A DNA stretch of 64,000 bases, from NCBI RefSeq assembly GCF_006345805.1, contig NC_043006.1:74958001-75022000 (forward strand). Reading direction: 5' to 3'. The stretch's first letter is position 1, and each line of letters begins with the position of its first letter. This stretch comes from Octopus sinensis (taxonomy: Eukaryota). Positions 28,320-40,445 of the stretch are shown in pieces. The notes beneath the pieces were generated by a model that saw nothing but the letters and a program-made list of their open reading frames with translations, was not told where the DNA came from and searched no databases. The position numbers were made by a program, and so were the translations under genes.

Positions 28320-28782
28320 TGGTGCTCCTTTGGTATGTGATTTATAAGGGAGATTACTTTAGGCTACTTTAAAAAATATTCTGAACATTCTGGCATTGTA
28401 AATGTATTTTTTCAAAATTCTTACTCTTTTAATAATAAGAAGACCACATATTAATTAAAATAAGCGTATATCACTCACCAAAGTAAATTTGCTCACGTAG
28501 ACCACACGGAAAGTAGCATTAACTCAAAATAAACTAAAAAGTAACCTAAAGTAATCTCCCTTTGAATTGCAGATCACACGACCAAGTGGCGCGTTACTTT
28601 TTCTTAAGAAATGATTCGAATTTATTTCTGGTTTCTTGTAAAAATGCAACTGCCTTCGTCTCGTCGTTGATCACATTGTAAAAATCTTTAGCCAACATCT
28701 GAAAGGTTTTAGAAATTGAAAAGTAAACTAAAAAGTAATCTATAGTAATCTCCCTTGTAGATCACACTCCAAAGAAGCACCT
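28320..28782. repeat. Degenerate inverted-repeat (MITE-like) element
   Basis: GGTGCTCCTTTGG...AAGGGAGATTACTTTAGG versus AGTAATCTCCCTTG...CCAAAGAAGCACC; internal direct repeat at ~28530 and ~28725. Confidence 0.5.
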
Positions 28783-29470
28783 TCAATTTTGTACACGAAG
28801 TTTTGTGCTAAGCCCTACTTGCCCCTTGTGTTGTATTGTCCCTTTTTGCTTTGAGTTAAGCCCTTAGGCCCTTGTAACCAATATAAAAACCAATATTACA
28901 ATAATGACACCAACAACCATAAAAATTACACAGTCAAAGCAACCTTGGAAGTATTCATAGTCTTCAAAAAGTTTAAAAAATCATAACAAAATAGAAATAA
29001 GAAGAAACTGAAGATGACTTTTACTAAGTAGCAGAGGAAGTGTGTCAAAGGAAATAAAATAAAATAAAATAAGAATAGAAATAAAAAAAGTCAAAGGATA
29101 ATTAAAACACTTTGTTGTCTTTTTACGGCGTTGATTCGTTTCTTTAAATTATCTCCTATCTTTATTATTCCTCATTTATTGTTTTCGGCCAGTGTGGCTC
29201 TCAGTGATTCCTATGAACTCTACTGGTCATTAATCTCTAAGTAGCAGACCGGATTTCTTTCGTTTATTTCATCTGTATATTTAATTTGCTATTTTTTTCT
29301 TTAGCTTTTTAAATACCCTTATCTCATTCATACACACATGCATTAATTCCTATCCTCCCAGCCGCAATCAGTGTTCAGTCTACTCCATCCCAATTGCTGT
29401 ATTCCATATTGCTGGTTATCTTGCTTCGGCTGCACTTTCTAGCAAATATAAAGTTTTTCTCAACATTTTA

Positions 29471-29865
29471 GCTTGCTTACCAACCACATGGTTCCGGGTT
29501 CAGTCCCACTGCGTGGCACTTTGGGCAAGTGTCTTCTACTATAGCCTCGAACCGACCAAAGCCTTGTGAGTGGATTTGGTAAACGGAAACTGAAAGAAAC
29601 CCGTCGTATATATGTATTTGTATATATATATGTGTGTGTGTGTTTGTGTGTCTGTGTTCGTACCCCCCCCCAACATCGCTGGACAACCGATGCTGGTGTG
29701 TTTACGTCCCCGTCACTTAGCGGTTCGGCAAAAGAGACCGATAGAATAAGTACTAGGCTTACAAAGAATAAGTCCTGGGGTCGATTTGCTCGAGTAAAGG
29801 CGGTGCTCCAGCATGGCCGCAGTCAAATGACTGAAACAAGTAAAAGAGTAAAGAGTAAAAGAGTA
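29471..29865 (+). mobile_element. SINE family A
   Basis: Near-consensus copy with (GAGTAAA)n tail. Confidence 0.85.
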
Positions 29866-30916
29866 AATAATACTTTGATGTTCAAATTTAAATGCTTATT
29901 TAAATGCTTATTTACTATTGTAAATATTGAAATATTCAACCTTTGTAAAATCAAAAATCACATTACTGTTTTCTTACCCGTTACTGGTATAAACACTATT
30001 TCACAATTTTTATCCACCAAACACTTGGCGTGCAAAGCTTTAGAATAATAATTTTGCAAACCAATTAAAAATTGTTACGTCAACAACCTAAGAAACACAG
30101 AACCAACTTTTCCATTAAAATGCAATATGAGAAGTTTCATTCAATTTGAAATATTATACTCTGTTGCGTCTTTGATTTTTCCAGTATTTAAATCATTGTA
30201 ATTACCTGGTTAATAAATGTATTAAAACACTCGAATTACACCTGCTTCGTGCAGTCACGTGAATTCCCATGAATTTGTCAAATTAAAAGACACAATATTT
30301 TTCTCAGCACTGGTGCAGTTCCTCCTTCAACACACACAAATTCTTAATTATTTAACATACAGAAACCCTTCACTCCCTAGGGTGCATAACCTATCGATTT
30401 CAGTTTCACATATTGGTACAAGGCCAGCAATTTCGGGGTAAGAGATAAGCCGATTGCATCGGCACCAATACTCAACTGGTACGTATTTGATCGACCCGAA
30501 AGGATGAAAGACAACGTCTTGAATTGTCATCGTTACTTCTGCACCTTTGCTTTTTTTTTATGTAGGAGCATTGGCCCCTATGCAAACCCATTTTTACCTC
30601 TGGAAAGGGGTGGTCCATACTAGTCTGATTTCTATCTTTTGACTTTATCAGGAGCTTTCGCTCCGCTGGCATGACCTTGAAGGTCATTGCAGCAAACACG
30701 CCACAACATCACAACTAAGATTAGACCTTATGATGGACACAGGTCCTTATTCAATCATTATTTGTCCCTTATGGTAAGTAGAAAGGTCTCTCGTCAACCA
30801 CCTGATATACAGGAACATTTGTTGCTTCCAACTGTGTATCTACGTGTGTGTAACATCGCTTGGCACTGACACGTTGCAGAGACACGCAAATAAAGAAACT
30901 CATATTAAACACAAAA

Positions 30917-30986
<70 letters not shown>

Positions 30987-31999
30987 AATAATCTGCTTTT
31001 GATGGTATTAACAACAAAAGAATTAGCACGGACAGAAAAACGAAGTGGATCAATATTTTATTGAAGATTTTGTGTAATCTTTTTCGTTTTTATATTAGAC
31101 ATAGTTTTTATATTAGACTTGTTATTTTTGTGCAATCGGTTCTTGTGGCATACTGTTTATTATTAGACAGCGAATTACCATAGTCTTTAGAGCGTTTGCC
31201 AGAATGTTTGTCGGTAATTTGTTTTCGACTCCACTCCGTGAGTTCAAATCCTGCCGAAGTCAACTTCGCCATTCACCTTCTCGGGGTTCGGTAAAATAAA
31301 GGACAAAATTCAAGGTGATGAAATGTCGAAATTGTAACAATATTTCGGACCAGATGCCCAGCGGTACTTGTTCTGTCTCTTTCCGTTTCTGAATCCAAAT
31401 TCCACCGAAGTCATCTTTTCCATTCTTCGATAAAATAAAGTACCAGCCAATTATTAAGCTCGTGGATATCGATTAACCCTACCCTCAAAATTGCTGGTCT
31501 GACATAAAAAATTATTGTTTTCTTCTGGTTCATTTGTGTGGCGGACAAAACGCTCAGTGGTATTTCTTTCGACTCATTACGTTCTGAGTTGAAGTTCTAT
31601 CAGGGCCAGCTCTGCATTTAATCACTCTGGGGTCGATAAAATAAGTAGCAGTCGAGTGCTAGGATTGATGGTGTAATCGACTTTCTCCATCCTCACAAAG
31701 CTGCTGAGCTTGTATCAAATTTAGAAAGACTTATTAAAACGTGGGCTGACGCAACCGTTAGCGTGTAATCTCTTTTTCTTCTTTCAAAATTGCTGGCTCC
31801 TGCCAAAATTAAAAAAAGAAGATTGGTTTCAAATTTGGCACAAAGTCAGCAGTTACGGTCGATTATATTGACCTCAGTGTACAACTGGTACTTATTTTAC
31901 TGACCCCCGAAAGGATAAAAGGCCAAGTCGACCTCCGCGGAGTTAGAATGTAAAGACGGACGAAAGCCGCTAAACATTTTGCCTGGCGTGCAAACGATT

Positions 32000-32415
32000 C
32001 TTATTTCTTTATTGCCCACAAGGAGCTACACACAGAGGGGACAAACAAGGACAGAGAAAGGGATTAAGTCGATTACATCGACCCCAGTGCGTAACTGGTA
32101 CTTAATTTATCGACCCCGAAAGGATGAAAGACAAAGTCGACCTCGGCGGAATTTGAACTCAGAACATAAAGACAGACAAAATACCTATTTCTTTACTACC
32201 CTCAAGAGGCTAAACACAGAAGGGATAAACAAGGACAGACAAACAGATTAAGTCGATTACATCGACCCCAGTGCGTAACTGGTACTTAATTTATCGACCC
32301 CGAAAGGATGAGGCAAAGTCGACCTCGGCGGAATTTGAACTCAGAAGTAACGGCAGACGAAATAAGGCTACGCATTTCGCCCGGCGTGCTAACGTTTCTG
32401 CCAGTTCGCCGCCTT
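32000..32415 (-). mobile_element. SINE family B dimer
   Basis: Reverse complement of the 6774-7192 type. Confidence 0.85.
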
Positions 32416-32580
32416 AAAATTAGAAATCATTATGAACTGGCGGTGAACGCCCAGAATCGTTAGCGCGTCGAACAAAATGATTAGCAGCATTTCCTTCAAG
32501 CTTTTTGCGTCTTATGTCCAAACACCGGCGTGAACGTCTTTGCCTTTCATCCTTTCGGGGTCGATAAAATAACTACCAGT

Positions 32581-32667
32581 CAACTACCGGGGTTGAGGAA
32601 ATCTACCTTTCAACTACCGGGGTTGAGGAAATCTACCTTTCAACTACCGGGGTCGATAAAAACCTAC
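32581..32667. repeat. 30-bp tandem repeat (2 copies plus a partial)
   Basis: CAACTACCGGGGTTGAGGAAATCTACCTTT repeated. Confidence 0.85.
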
Positions 32668-32712
32668 CAACCACTGCCACCACCATCATCACCACCACCA
32701 CCACCACCACCA

Positions 32713-32910
32713 GCCGTTCAAGAATTTGGGCCGCCTGGAGATCTCCATTTCCAGCGACTTCGAGGGCCACCTCTCAGTGAAGTCTGACGTCAACGAAGAG
32801 CCCTCGACTACAACAAGACAACCAAATATTTTCTTTTCGAAAGTCTGGGGTCTCTCGCCCCTAAGCCGTAGACCATCACCTAATCACCCTTACCAGTCTT
32901 GTTGCTTAAC
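32713..32910 (+). mobile_element. ~195-bp dispersed GC-rich element, copy 2
   Basis: GCCGTTCAAGAATT...GTCTTGTTGCTTAAC inside (CCA)n. Confidence 0.8.
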
Positions 32911-34254
32911 AACCACCACCACCACCACCACCAATTTTTAGGTTTTGTGCCCATAGTAAAAAGAATTATTAGTATTTTCTCTCTTAAAGTATCTTTAAAA
33001 TGGCATCGTATGCGACATAGCAAAGTTGGCATGAAACCAGGCAAACACGCGATCAATAATTCTACGTCTCTTCCCCAATGTTGTTTCAATAAACACCGTT
33101 TGAATAAATATCTTTCCTTTTTATATCTTTGTCTTTCAATTATCCTGTCTTTCCGTTATTTTTGTTCATTTTAGAGTAACTTTTCAACCTTTTTGACACA
33201 TTTAAGATTGTTTTTGCTGTTTTTTTTTTACTCATTTGCTTTATTTTATCCAACACGGTTAAGGCCATAATGGAGCACTTCCTGCTGCCGCTATTTTTGC
33301 TGTTGATATAGTTATGTGTGTTGTATCGTCTGTCTTTACGTTCTCAGTTCAAATTCCGCCGAGTCTGACTTTGCCTTTCACCCTGTTGCGTATTGGGGTC
33401 GATAGATCGACTGGCACCCTCCCCAAAAGTTTCGGGCCTTGTGCCTAGAGTAGAAAAGGATATAGATGTGTGGGTGCATCTAATTGTGTGTGTATGTGCG
33501 TGCGTGTGCGTAAAGTTAATCTTTATGTCCAAATTAATAAAGATATCTTATTAGGACACCGAATACTGCGGGAGATCCTCTCATCGAGGCGCTTGGTGCA
33601 TCGCTAGTAGTTCAGGTTAATAACGCATTATTCCCTGTTGAAACAAAATATCCATGTTAATTTGGATATAAAGATTACTTTTGGGTGTTAATACTGACTT
33701 CGTAATTAATGCATGTATGTGTGTGTGTGTGTGTGCGTGTGTGTACATGCATATATATATATATACACACACACACATACACGCATGCATATGTATACAT
33801 ACACTCAAGCATACACATACACTACACGTATATGTATTCATACTTACATATATGTATATATATATATATATATATGTATACATATATATTACATATATAT
33901 GCATATATATATTGTATATAAATATATATTACATATATATACATATATATATATATATACATATATACATATATTTATGTATATACATATATATTATATA
34001 TATATATATATATACATATGTATGCATACATGCTCGAAATACGGGAGTAGAAAAACAGCCAACAACTGATGAAGGCTCGTTCTTTATGTTGTTTGCCTTC
34101 TTTTCCATTTGTGTCTTTCGTTGTTAGAAAAATAGTTCATAATCCATGTGACGTCCTGTGCCAAATATATATATATATAGGTATAGTTGTATGTACATAT
34201 ACGTATGTATATATGCATACATATATGCATATATATATATATATATATATAGAT

Positions 34255-34322
<68 letters not shown>

Positions 34323-34328
34323 ATATAT

Positions 34329-34369
<41 letters not shown>

Positions 34370-34428
34370 TATATATATATATATAAATATATATATAGAT
34401 ATATATATATATAATATATATATATATT

Positions 34429-34492
<64 letters not shown>

Positions 34493-34514
34493 TATATATA
34501 TATATGTATGTATG

Positions 34515-34559
<45 letters not shown>

Positions 34560-34626
34560 TATATATATATATATGAAAAAGCAAGTCAAAATAGAAAATG
34601 CTAAAATAATTTTATAAAGAACTTTT

Positions 34627-34663
34627 CAGTACCGGTTCGGTCATTTTGAGACCTTTTCAACTG
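34627..34663 (-). ncRNA. Minimal hammerhead, U3-A8 core variant (one A of GAAA missing)
   Basis: Minus strand: CAG TTGAAAA GGTC-TCAAAAT-GACC GAA CCGG TA CTG. Confidence 0.55.
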
Positions 34664-34802
34664 TAACGATTAAATAATTAAATTTAGAAAAATTAAAAGA
34701 AAAGTTTTTTTAAAGGAATATTTGTATAGTGTTCAAATATAAGTGGCATTCTGCCTTTCTCTGTCTCCCTTGTTTGCACTTGTGTGTTCGAGGCCGTTGT
34801 GA

Positions 34803-34835
<33 letters not shown>

Positions 34836-34838
<3 letters not shown>

Positions 34839-35712
34839 GAGGTCTGATCAATAAGTATCCGGACTGTTGTAGTAACGAAACAAAAACACGCAGAGTGAAA
34901 CCGTTTGCTGAAGAGTTACCTTGAAATCTGCTGCTCATGCGCATTAATTTTTTAACGTTCTAGCTCACTTCCGCTATTTACAGCAGAGCTTGGGACGATG
35001 GTGTATAGCGTGTCATCGTTGCATTGATCATGACAGAAGTTGTCATGATAATACCTGCGCAGAGGCCTACGCAAAGTTGCAGAAAGCGTATGAGCCGCAC
35101 ACAAGTGTACGAGTGGTTCAGGTGTTTCCAAGATGGCCGAAAAATGTCGATAATGACGAACGTTCTGGGAAACTCGTAACCAGCAGAACTGAGAAAAACA
35201 TCGCAAATGTGCGTGTAGCTGTGAGGGGAAAACGTCGAATCACCATCTGCGAGTTATGAGAGGATTTGCAGATTAGTTACGGTTCACTTCAGTTTATTAT
35301 CACAGAATATTTGGGTATAAGACATGTGTCTGCCGAGTTTGTGCCAAACCTGTTTTCAGCTGACCAAAAACACACTTGAATTTCGGTTGCACAAGATTTC
35401 CTTGATTGTGTCGAGAACGATGAAAATTTTTTGAAAACTTTGCGTAGGTCTCTGAGCAGGTATCGCAAAGTTTTTGGCCAAATTTGGTGGAGATTCTCTG
35501 CTCAACTTTGCCTTTCATGGCCAATGCGACGATCACACGCTGCACACCTTCCTTCCAAGCATTGCTATAAATAGCAGTTGTGAGCTAGAACGTTAAGAAT
35601 TAGTGCGTATGTACATCAGAGTTTAAGGTCAATCTATGCTAAGCGGTTTTACTCTGCCTGCTCTAGCTTCGTTACTATAGCAACAGTCAGGATAATTATT
35701 GATCAGACCACA

Positions 35713-35714
<2 letters not shown>
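34836..35714 (+). mobile_element. Rearranged mariner transposon with two 5' ends
   Basis: TIR GGTCTGATCAATAAGTATCC / GGATAATTATTGATCAGACC. Plus strand has broken transposase N-terminal text (SRTQVYEWFRCFQDGR...DERSGK...RRITICEL); minus strand has MKGKVEQRISTKF...TCSETYAK. Confidence 0.85.
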
Positions 35715-35752
<38 letters not shown>

Positions 35753-35869
35753 CAATTAAGGAACGGCCATAATAGGCCATTCACCCACTAGAAATAACAG
35801 CCAAAGCTTCTACCGCAAATAAAGATCAATTCCGTAAACAGGAGAAAATTAAAAAACATTTACCCTGTA

Positions 35870-35975
35870 ATTTCTTGTACGGTATACCGTTTCATCCGTT
35901 GTTAATGGTAAACCAACCTAATTAAATTAAATCAAGCCAATCTTCCATAAGCCCTCGGATTCATCAGCAAGAAAT
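35870..35975 (-). ncRNA. Type I hammerhead ribozyme (intact)
   Basis: Minus strand: ATTTCTTG CTGATGA ATCCG-(long loop)-CGGAT GAAA CGGTATACCG TA CAAGAAAT. Stem I 8 bp, stem II 5 bp, palindromic stem III, GUA triplet. Confidence 0.92.
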
Positions 35976-36325
35976 AGCTCTCGGGACAGATAATTACACG
36001 AGGCATATCCAATCTTGCCAAGTCAATATCTGACCTAAAATTTTCAAATCGTCGCACTCGCGCCAAATTTATCGGCAGCAAATAAATATCAGCCGTCGAT
36101 TCCATTACGGAATTAACCTGGTGGCAATAAAATTCTACAAAATTTTCCTTGCCACCCTATATTGATTAATTATGAATTTTTTGGTTAATTCCGTAATGGA
36201 ATCGACGGCTGATATTTATTTGCTGCCGATAAATTTGGCGCGAGTGCGACGATTTGAAAATTTTAGGTCAGATATTGACTTGGCAAGATTGGATATGCCT
36301 CGTGTAATTATCTGTCCCGAGAGCT

Positions 36326-36434
36326 ATTTCTTGCTGATGAATCCGAGGGCTTATGGAAGATTGGCTTGATTTAATTTAATTAGGTTGGTTTACCATTAAA
36401 CAACGGATGATAAACGGTATACCGTACAAGAAAT
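36326..36434 (+). ncRNA. Second copy of the hammerhead with a 2-nt insertion in GAAA
   Basis: Same stems but CGGAT GA[TA]AA CGGTATACCG. Confidence 0.7.
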
Positions 36435-36653
36435 TACAGGGTAAATGTTTTTTTAATTTTCTCCTGTTTACGGAATTGATTTATTTGCGGTAGAAGCTTT
36501 GGCTGTTTATTTCTAGTGGGTGAATGGCCTATTATGGCCGTTCCTTAATTGTTAATGTTGAACTTAAAAATGGTCTATGACTATTTTTTTTTTCCCGCTG
36601 GGCCGCTGGTGGCAATAAAATTCTACAAAATTTTCCTTGCCACCCTATATTGA

Positions 36654-36689
<36 letters not shown>

Positions 36690-36690
36690 A

Positions 36691-36725
<35 letters not shown>

Positions 36726-36964
36726 ATATCTATATATATAATAATATATATATATATATTATATATAATATATATTGAGTAGTTGAATGAATTATCTTAT
36801 TAAGGATAATTCGAAAGATAACCGATACCTGGGTAGCAAATTCACATCAGGAAGAACGCGGTTGAAGTTACGTCCCTAGGGCATAGACTACGTGATGCAG
36901 CCTTCGAAACATATGTCGAAAATAAAGGAAATTTGTTAACAAGTCGTTCAACTCTATTCTTTCA

Positions 36965-36999
<35 letters not shown>

Positions 37000-37784
37000 A
37001 GTACAATGTGAGATAGGGGTTATGAGTGTAACCCACTATGGGATATCAGTTATCCAATATACTGCTGGTGAAGCACCCAAAAGGCAAATACATAAATGCT
37101 TATAATTGCAATGCAATTAATTCATTTATTGTATTAGATCGGCGAAGGTAAAATATTTTACCTCAAATTCATAATACAAATAAGAAAATGGAGGTACAGA
37201 ATCATTTCAGTCATCGACTTACAGATATTACCAATTCATATTATCTATTAACTACATAAATAGGAACATCCAAATCCAACAAAATAAAACAATATACATC
37301 AATAAGTAAGATAATACCATAAAAATAATACACATAAAATGGACCTTACAGCTGTTTCAGCCTGTAGATAAGGTATCTCATTCTGTCTATATTAGTCAGA
37401 TGTATTGAGGTAATATGCAGTTAAAAATGAGTTACAAGGCCTCGTCAGAGATTATAAAGTACAATTATAAAAATATATTTTTTTATATATTTTTATAATT
37501 GACGATGTCTTGAGATACGTATATGAGTAACTCATTTTTAACTGCATATTACCTCAATACATCTGACTAATATAGGCAGAATGAGATACCTTTATCTACA
37601 GGCTGAAACAGCTGTAAGATCCATCTTATGTGTATTATTTTTATGATATTATCTTACTTATTGATGTATATTGTTTTATTTTGTTGGATTTGGATGTTCC
37701 TATTTATGTAGTTAATAAATAATATGAATTGGTAATATCTGTAAGTCGATGATTGAAATGAATCTGTTCCTCCATTTTCTTATT

Positions 37785-37787
<3 letters not shown>
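37000..37787 (-). mobile_element. Non-coding Penelope-like insertion with ~260-bp inverted repeat
   Basis: 37176-37435 is inverted at 37527-37787; (TA)n flanks; contains a hammerhead. Confidence 0.7.
37343..37453 (-). ncRNA. Type I hammerhead ribozyme with extended stem II
   Basis: Minus strand: ATCT CTGACGA GGCCTTGTA-(long insert)-TACAGGCT GAAA CAGCTG TA AGGT. Palindromic stem III; stem I only 4 bp. Confidence 0.8.
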
Positions 37788-37833
<46 letters not shown>

Positions 37834-37834
37834 T

Positions 37835-38094
37835 CTTTTTATTCTTTTACTTGTTTCAGTCATTTGCCTGCGGCCATGGTGGAGCATTGGTCGAGCAAAT
37901 CAACTCCAGGACTTAGTCTTTGTAAGCCTAGTACTTATTCTATCGGTCTCTTTTTGCTGAACTGCTAAGGTACAGGGACCTAAACACTCCAGCATCGGTC
38001 GTTTGTCAGGCGATGTTGGGTGGCACAACACAGACACACAGACGTATATATATATGCATATATATTATATATGTATGTATATATATATATATAT

Positions 38095-38148
<54 letters not shown>

Positions 38149-38249
38149 ATTTGTGTGTACGAGTGGTCAGGCGTTTCCAAGATGGCGAAAAATGTCGATA
38201 ATGACGAACGTTCTCGAAACTCGTAACCAGCAGAACTGACACACACACA

Positions 38250-38305
<56 letters not shown>

Positions 38306-38306
38306 C

Positions 38307-38341
<35 letters not shown>

Positions 38342-38347
38342 TATATC

Positions 38348-38385
<38 letters not shown>

Positions 38386-38419
38386 GTATATATATATATT
38401 TATATATATAATATATATA

Positions 38420-38460
<41 letters not shown>

Positions 38461-38624
38461 ACAGGCTTCTTTCAGTTTCTGTCTATCAAATGCACTCATA
38501 ACGTTTTAGTCGGCCCGAGGCTATAGTTGAAAACACTTGCCCAAGGTTTCACGCAGTGGGACTGAACCCGGAACCATGTGGCTGGAAAGCAAGCTACTTA
38601 CCACACAGCCACTCCGACGCCTAT
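37835..38624 (-). mobile_element. SINE family A with greatly expanded internal (TA)n
   Basis: Tail half at 37835-38030, head half at 38460-38624. Confidence 0.8.
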
Positions 38625-38639
38625 AGCAAGCTACTTATC

Positions 38640-38678
<39 letters not shown>

Positions 38679-38859
38679 TAATAATATTGATACTATTTTA
38701 AAAAGGATAGACGTAACTCTTCACAAAGGTAAACTTTCAAGATGAAGGTTTAATTGTTCTGTTGCACAAACCAATATAAGTTGTGTTTCGTGCATTATGT
38801 AGCGTACACCAAATGGGAATCTCTACATGTCTCACCTTCTGTATAAATCATAGATACCA

Positions 38860-39330
38860 ACTTGGTTTTGAAGGTGATACCTCTATCAGGCCACACATGA
38901 TTTTCATGCCTACCAAATGCTTTGCTGGCTTTTTCGATTCTCGGGTTTAGTGCAGAATCAAGGTATCCATCTCCAGAGAGAGTGCTGCCAAGGTAGATGA
39001 ACGAATTAACCACATCTAATCTTGTACGAAGATGTTAGGTTCCACATAGGGTTGGCCTGGTGGCTGAGAGAACATGATGTTTGTTTTCTTTAGACTGATG
39101 GTAAATCCAAAAGCAATACGAGCTCTAGAGAACAGACCCAATATAGCCTGCATGTCCTCCTCGACGTGAGCAACGAGAACTACATCATCAGCGTAAAGCA
39201 GCGCCTGGACAATGGCTTGGAATGTCTTCGACTTTGCATTAAAGCGTTTAACATCAAAGACCTTACTTGTGGTTCTGAAGCGAATACAGACGCCGATATA
39301 TCAGTCTTGGAAAGCGTGCTAGATAGTTAC
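38860..39330 (-). mobile_element. RTE-clade LINE reverse transcriptase fragment
   Basis: LYADDVVLVAHVEEDMQ...FGFTISLKKTNIMFSQPPGQPYVEP...FIYLGSTLS...RIEKASKAFGR. Confidence 0.9.
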
Positions 39331-39390
39331 AGCAAAATATTTGGGAACAAGCGTTGGAGCAACAATATCACCTTGTTTAAATGTGCTATC

Positions 39391-39431
<41 letters not shown>

Positions 39432-39448
39432 TATTATTATTATTATTA

Positions 39449-39517
<69 letters not shown>

Positions 39518-40009
39518 ATGATGATGGAAGCAGCTTTAGTTTAAAATCAGCGCTCTGTAATACATACTTACAGCCTGTATATATAAAAAGCTATCTAAAC
39601 TACGGTATTTGTTTTGAGAAAGAATGTTCGAAAACTTTATTGTGTTAAAAACAGAAAATGTCAGCAGCAGGCGAAGGTCATCCACCATTGATGGTAAAAT
39701 TGTTAGATGTAGATTTCTGGTTTTCTTTCTTCTTTTTTTTTGGGGGGGGGGGGACTCCAAAACGATGTACTGGGTTAAATTATTCTCTTCTTAAAGTTTC
39801 TGGTTACGAAAAATCAACGCCTTCTTTTCTGCGCGATTTAAGGAATTAAGTAATTAACTCACAAAAGTTACTATATTAATAATTCGCATACGAGGTACCA
39901 CAATAGATATGTTGGTGTGCAGTATATTTTTTAAAAGTACGAGTTAAACTTTCATTAAACAAATCTATACTAATTTTTGAGAGACCTGAAAAATATGTGA
40001 TACATAAAT

Positions 40010-40445
40010 GTTTTCAAATTTTGAATCAGAGCTAGCAAATTTCAGGGAAGGGGTCAAGTCGATTAGATCAACCTCCAGTAATCAACTGGTACTTATTTCA
40101 TCAATATCGAAAAGATAACAGGCCAGAGTCGACCTTAGTGGAATTTGAACTCAGAACGTAAAGACGGACGAAATACCACCAAGCATTTTGCCTGGCGTGC
40201 CAACGGTTTTGGCAGCTCGCTGCCTTATTTAGATATGTATTTAAAGGTTTCCAATTTAGGCACAAGGCCAGCAATTTATGGAAAAAGGATAGGTTGATTA
40301 CATCGACCCCAGTGCTCAACTGGTAATTATTTCATCGATCCCAAAGGGATGAGAGGCAAATTCCACCTTAACGGAATTTGAACTCAGAAAATAATGACGG
40401 TCGAAATGTCCCTAAGCGTGGTAACGTTTCTCCCAGCTCGCCGCC
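40010..40445 (-). mobile_element. Two diverged B-type SINE copies
   Basis: GAATTTGAACTCAGAA and ACTGGTACTTATTTCATC-like motifs twice. Confidence 0.7.

Larger units (their letters stand above)
35749..36659 (+). mobile_element. Non-coding Penelope-like insertion with ~370-bp inverted repeat and ~52-bp direct repeat
   Basis: 35749-36118 is the near-perfect reverse complement of ~36182-36555; ~36119-36171 is repeated at ~36607-36659; (TA)n flanks. Confidence 0.8.

Noticed and set aside
34030-34080. GAAA...CTGATGA order (also ~22160-22205) as a type II hammerhead
   Set aside because: Stems I and III cannot be paired convincingly
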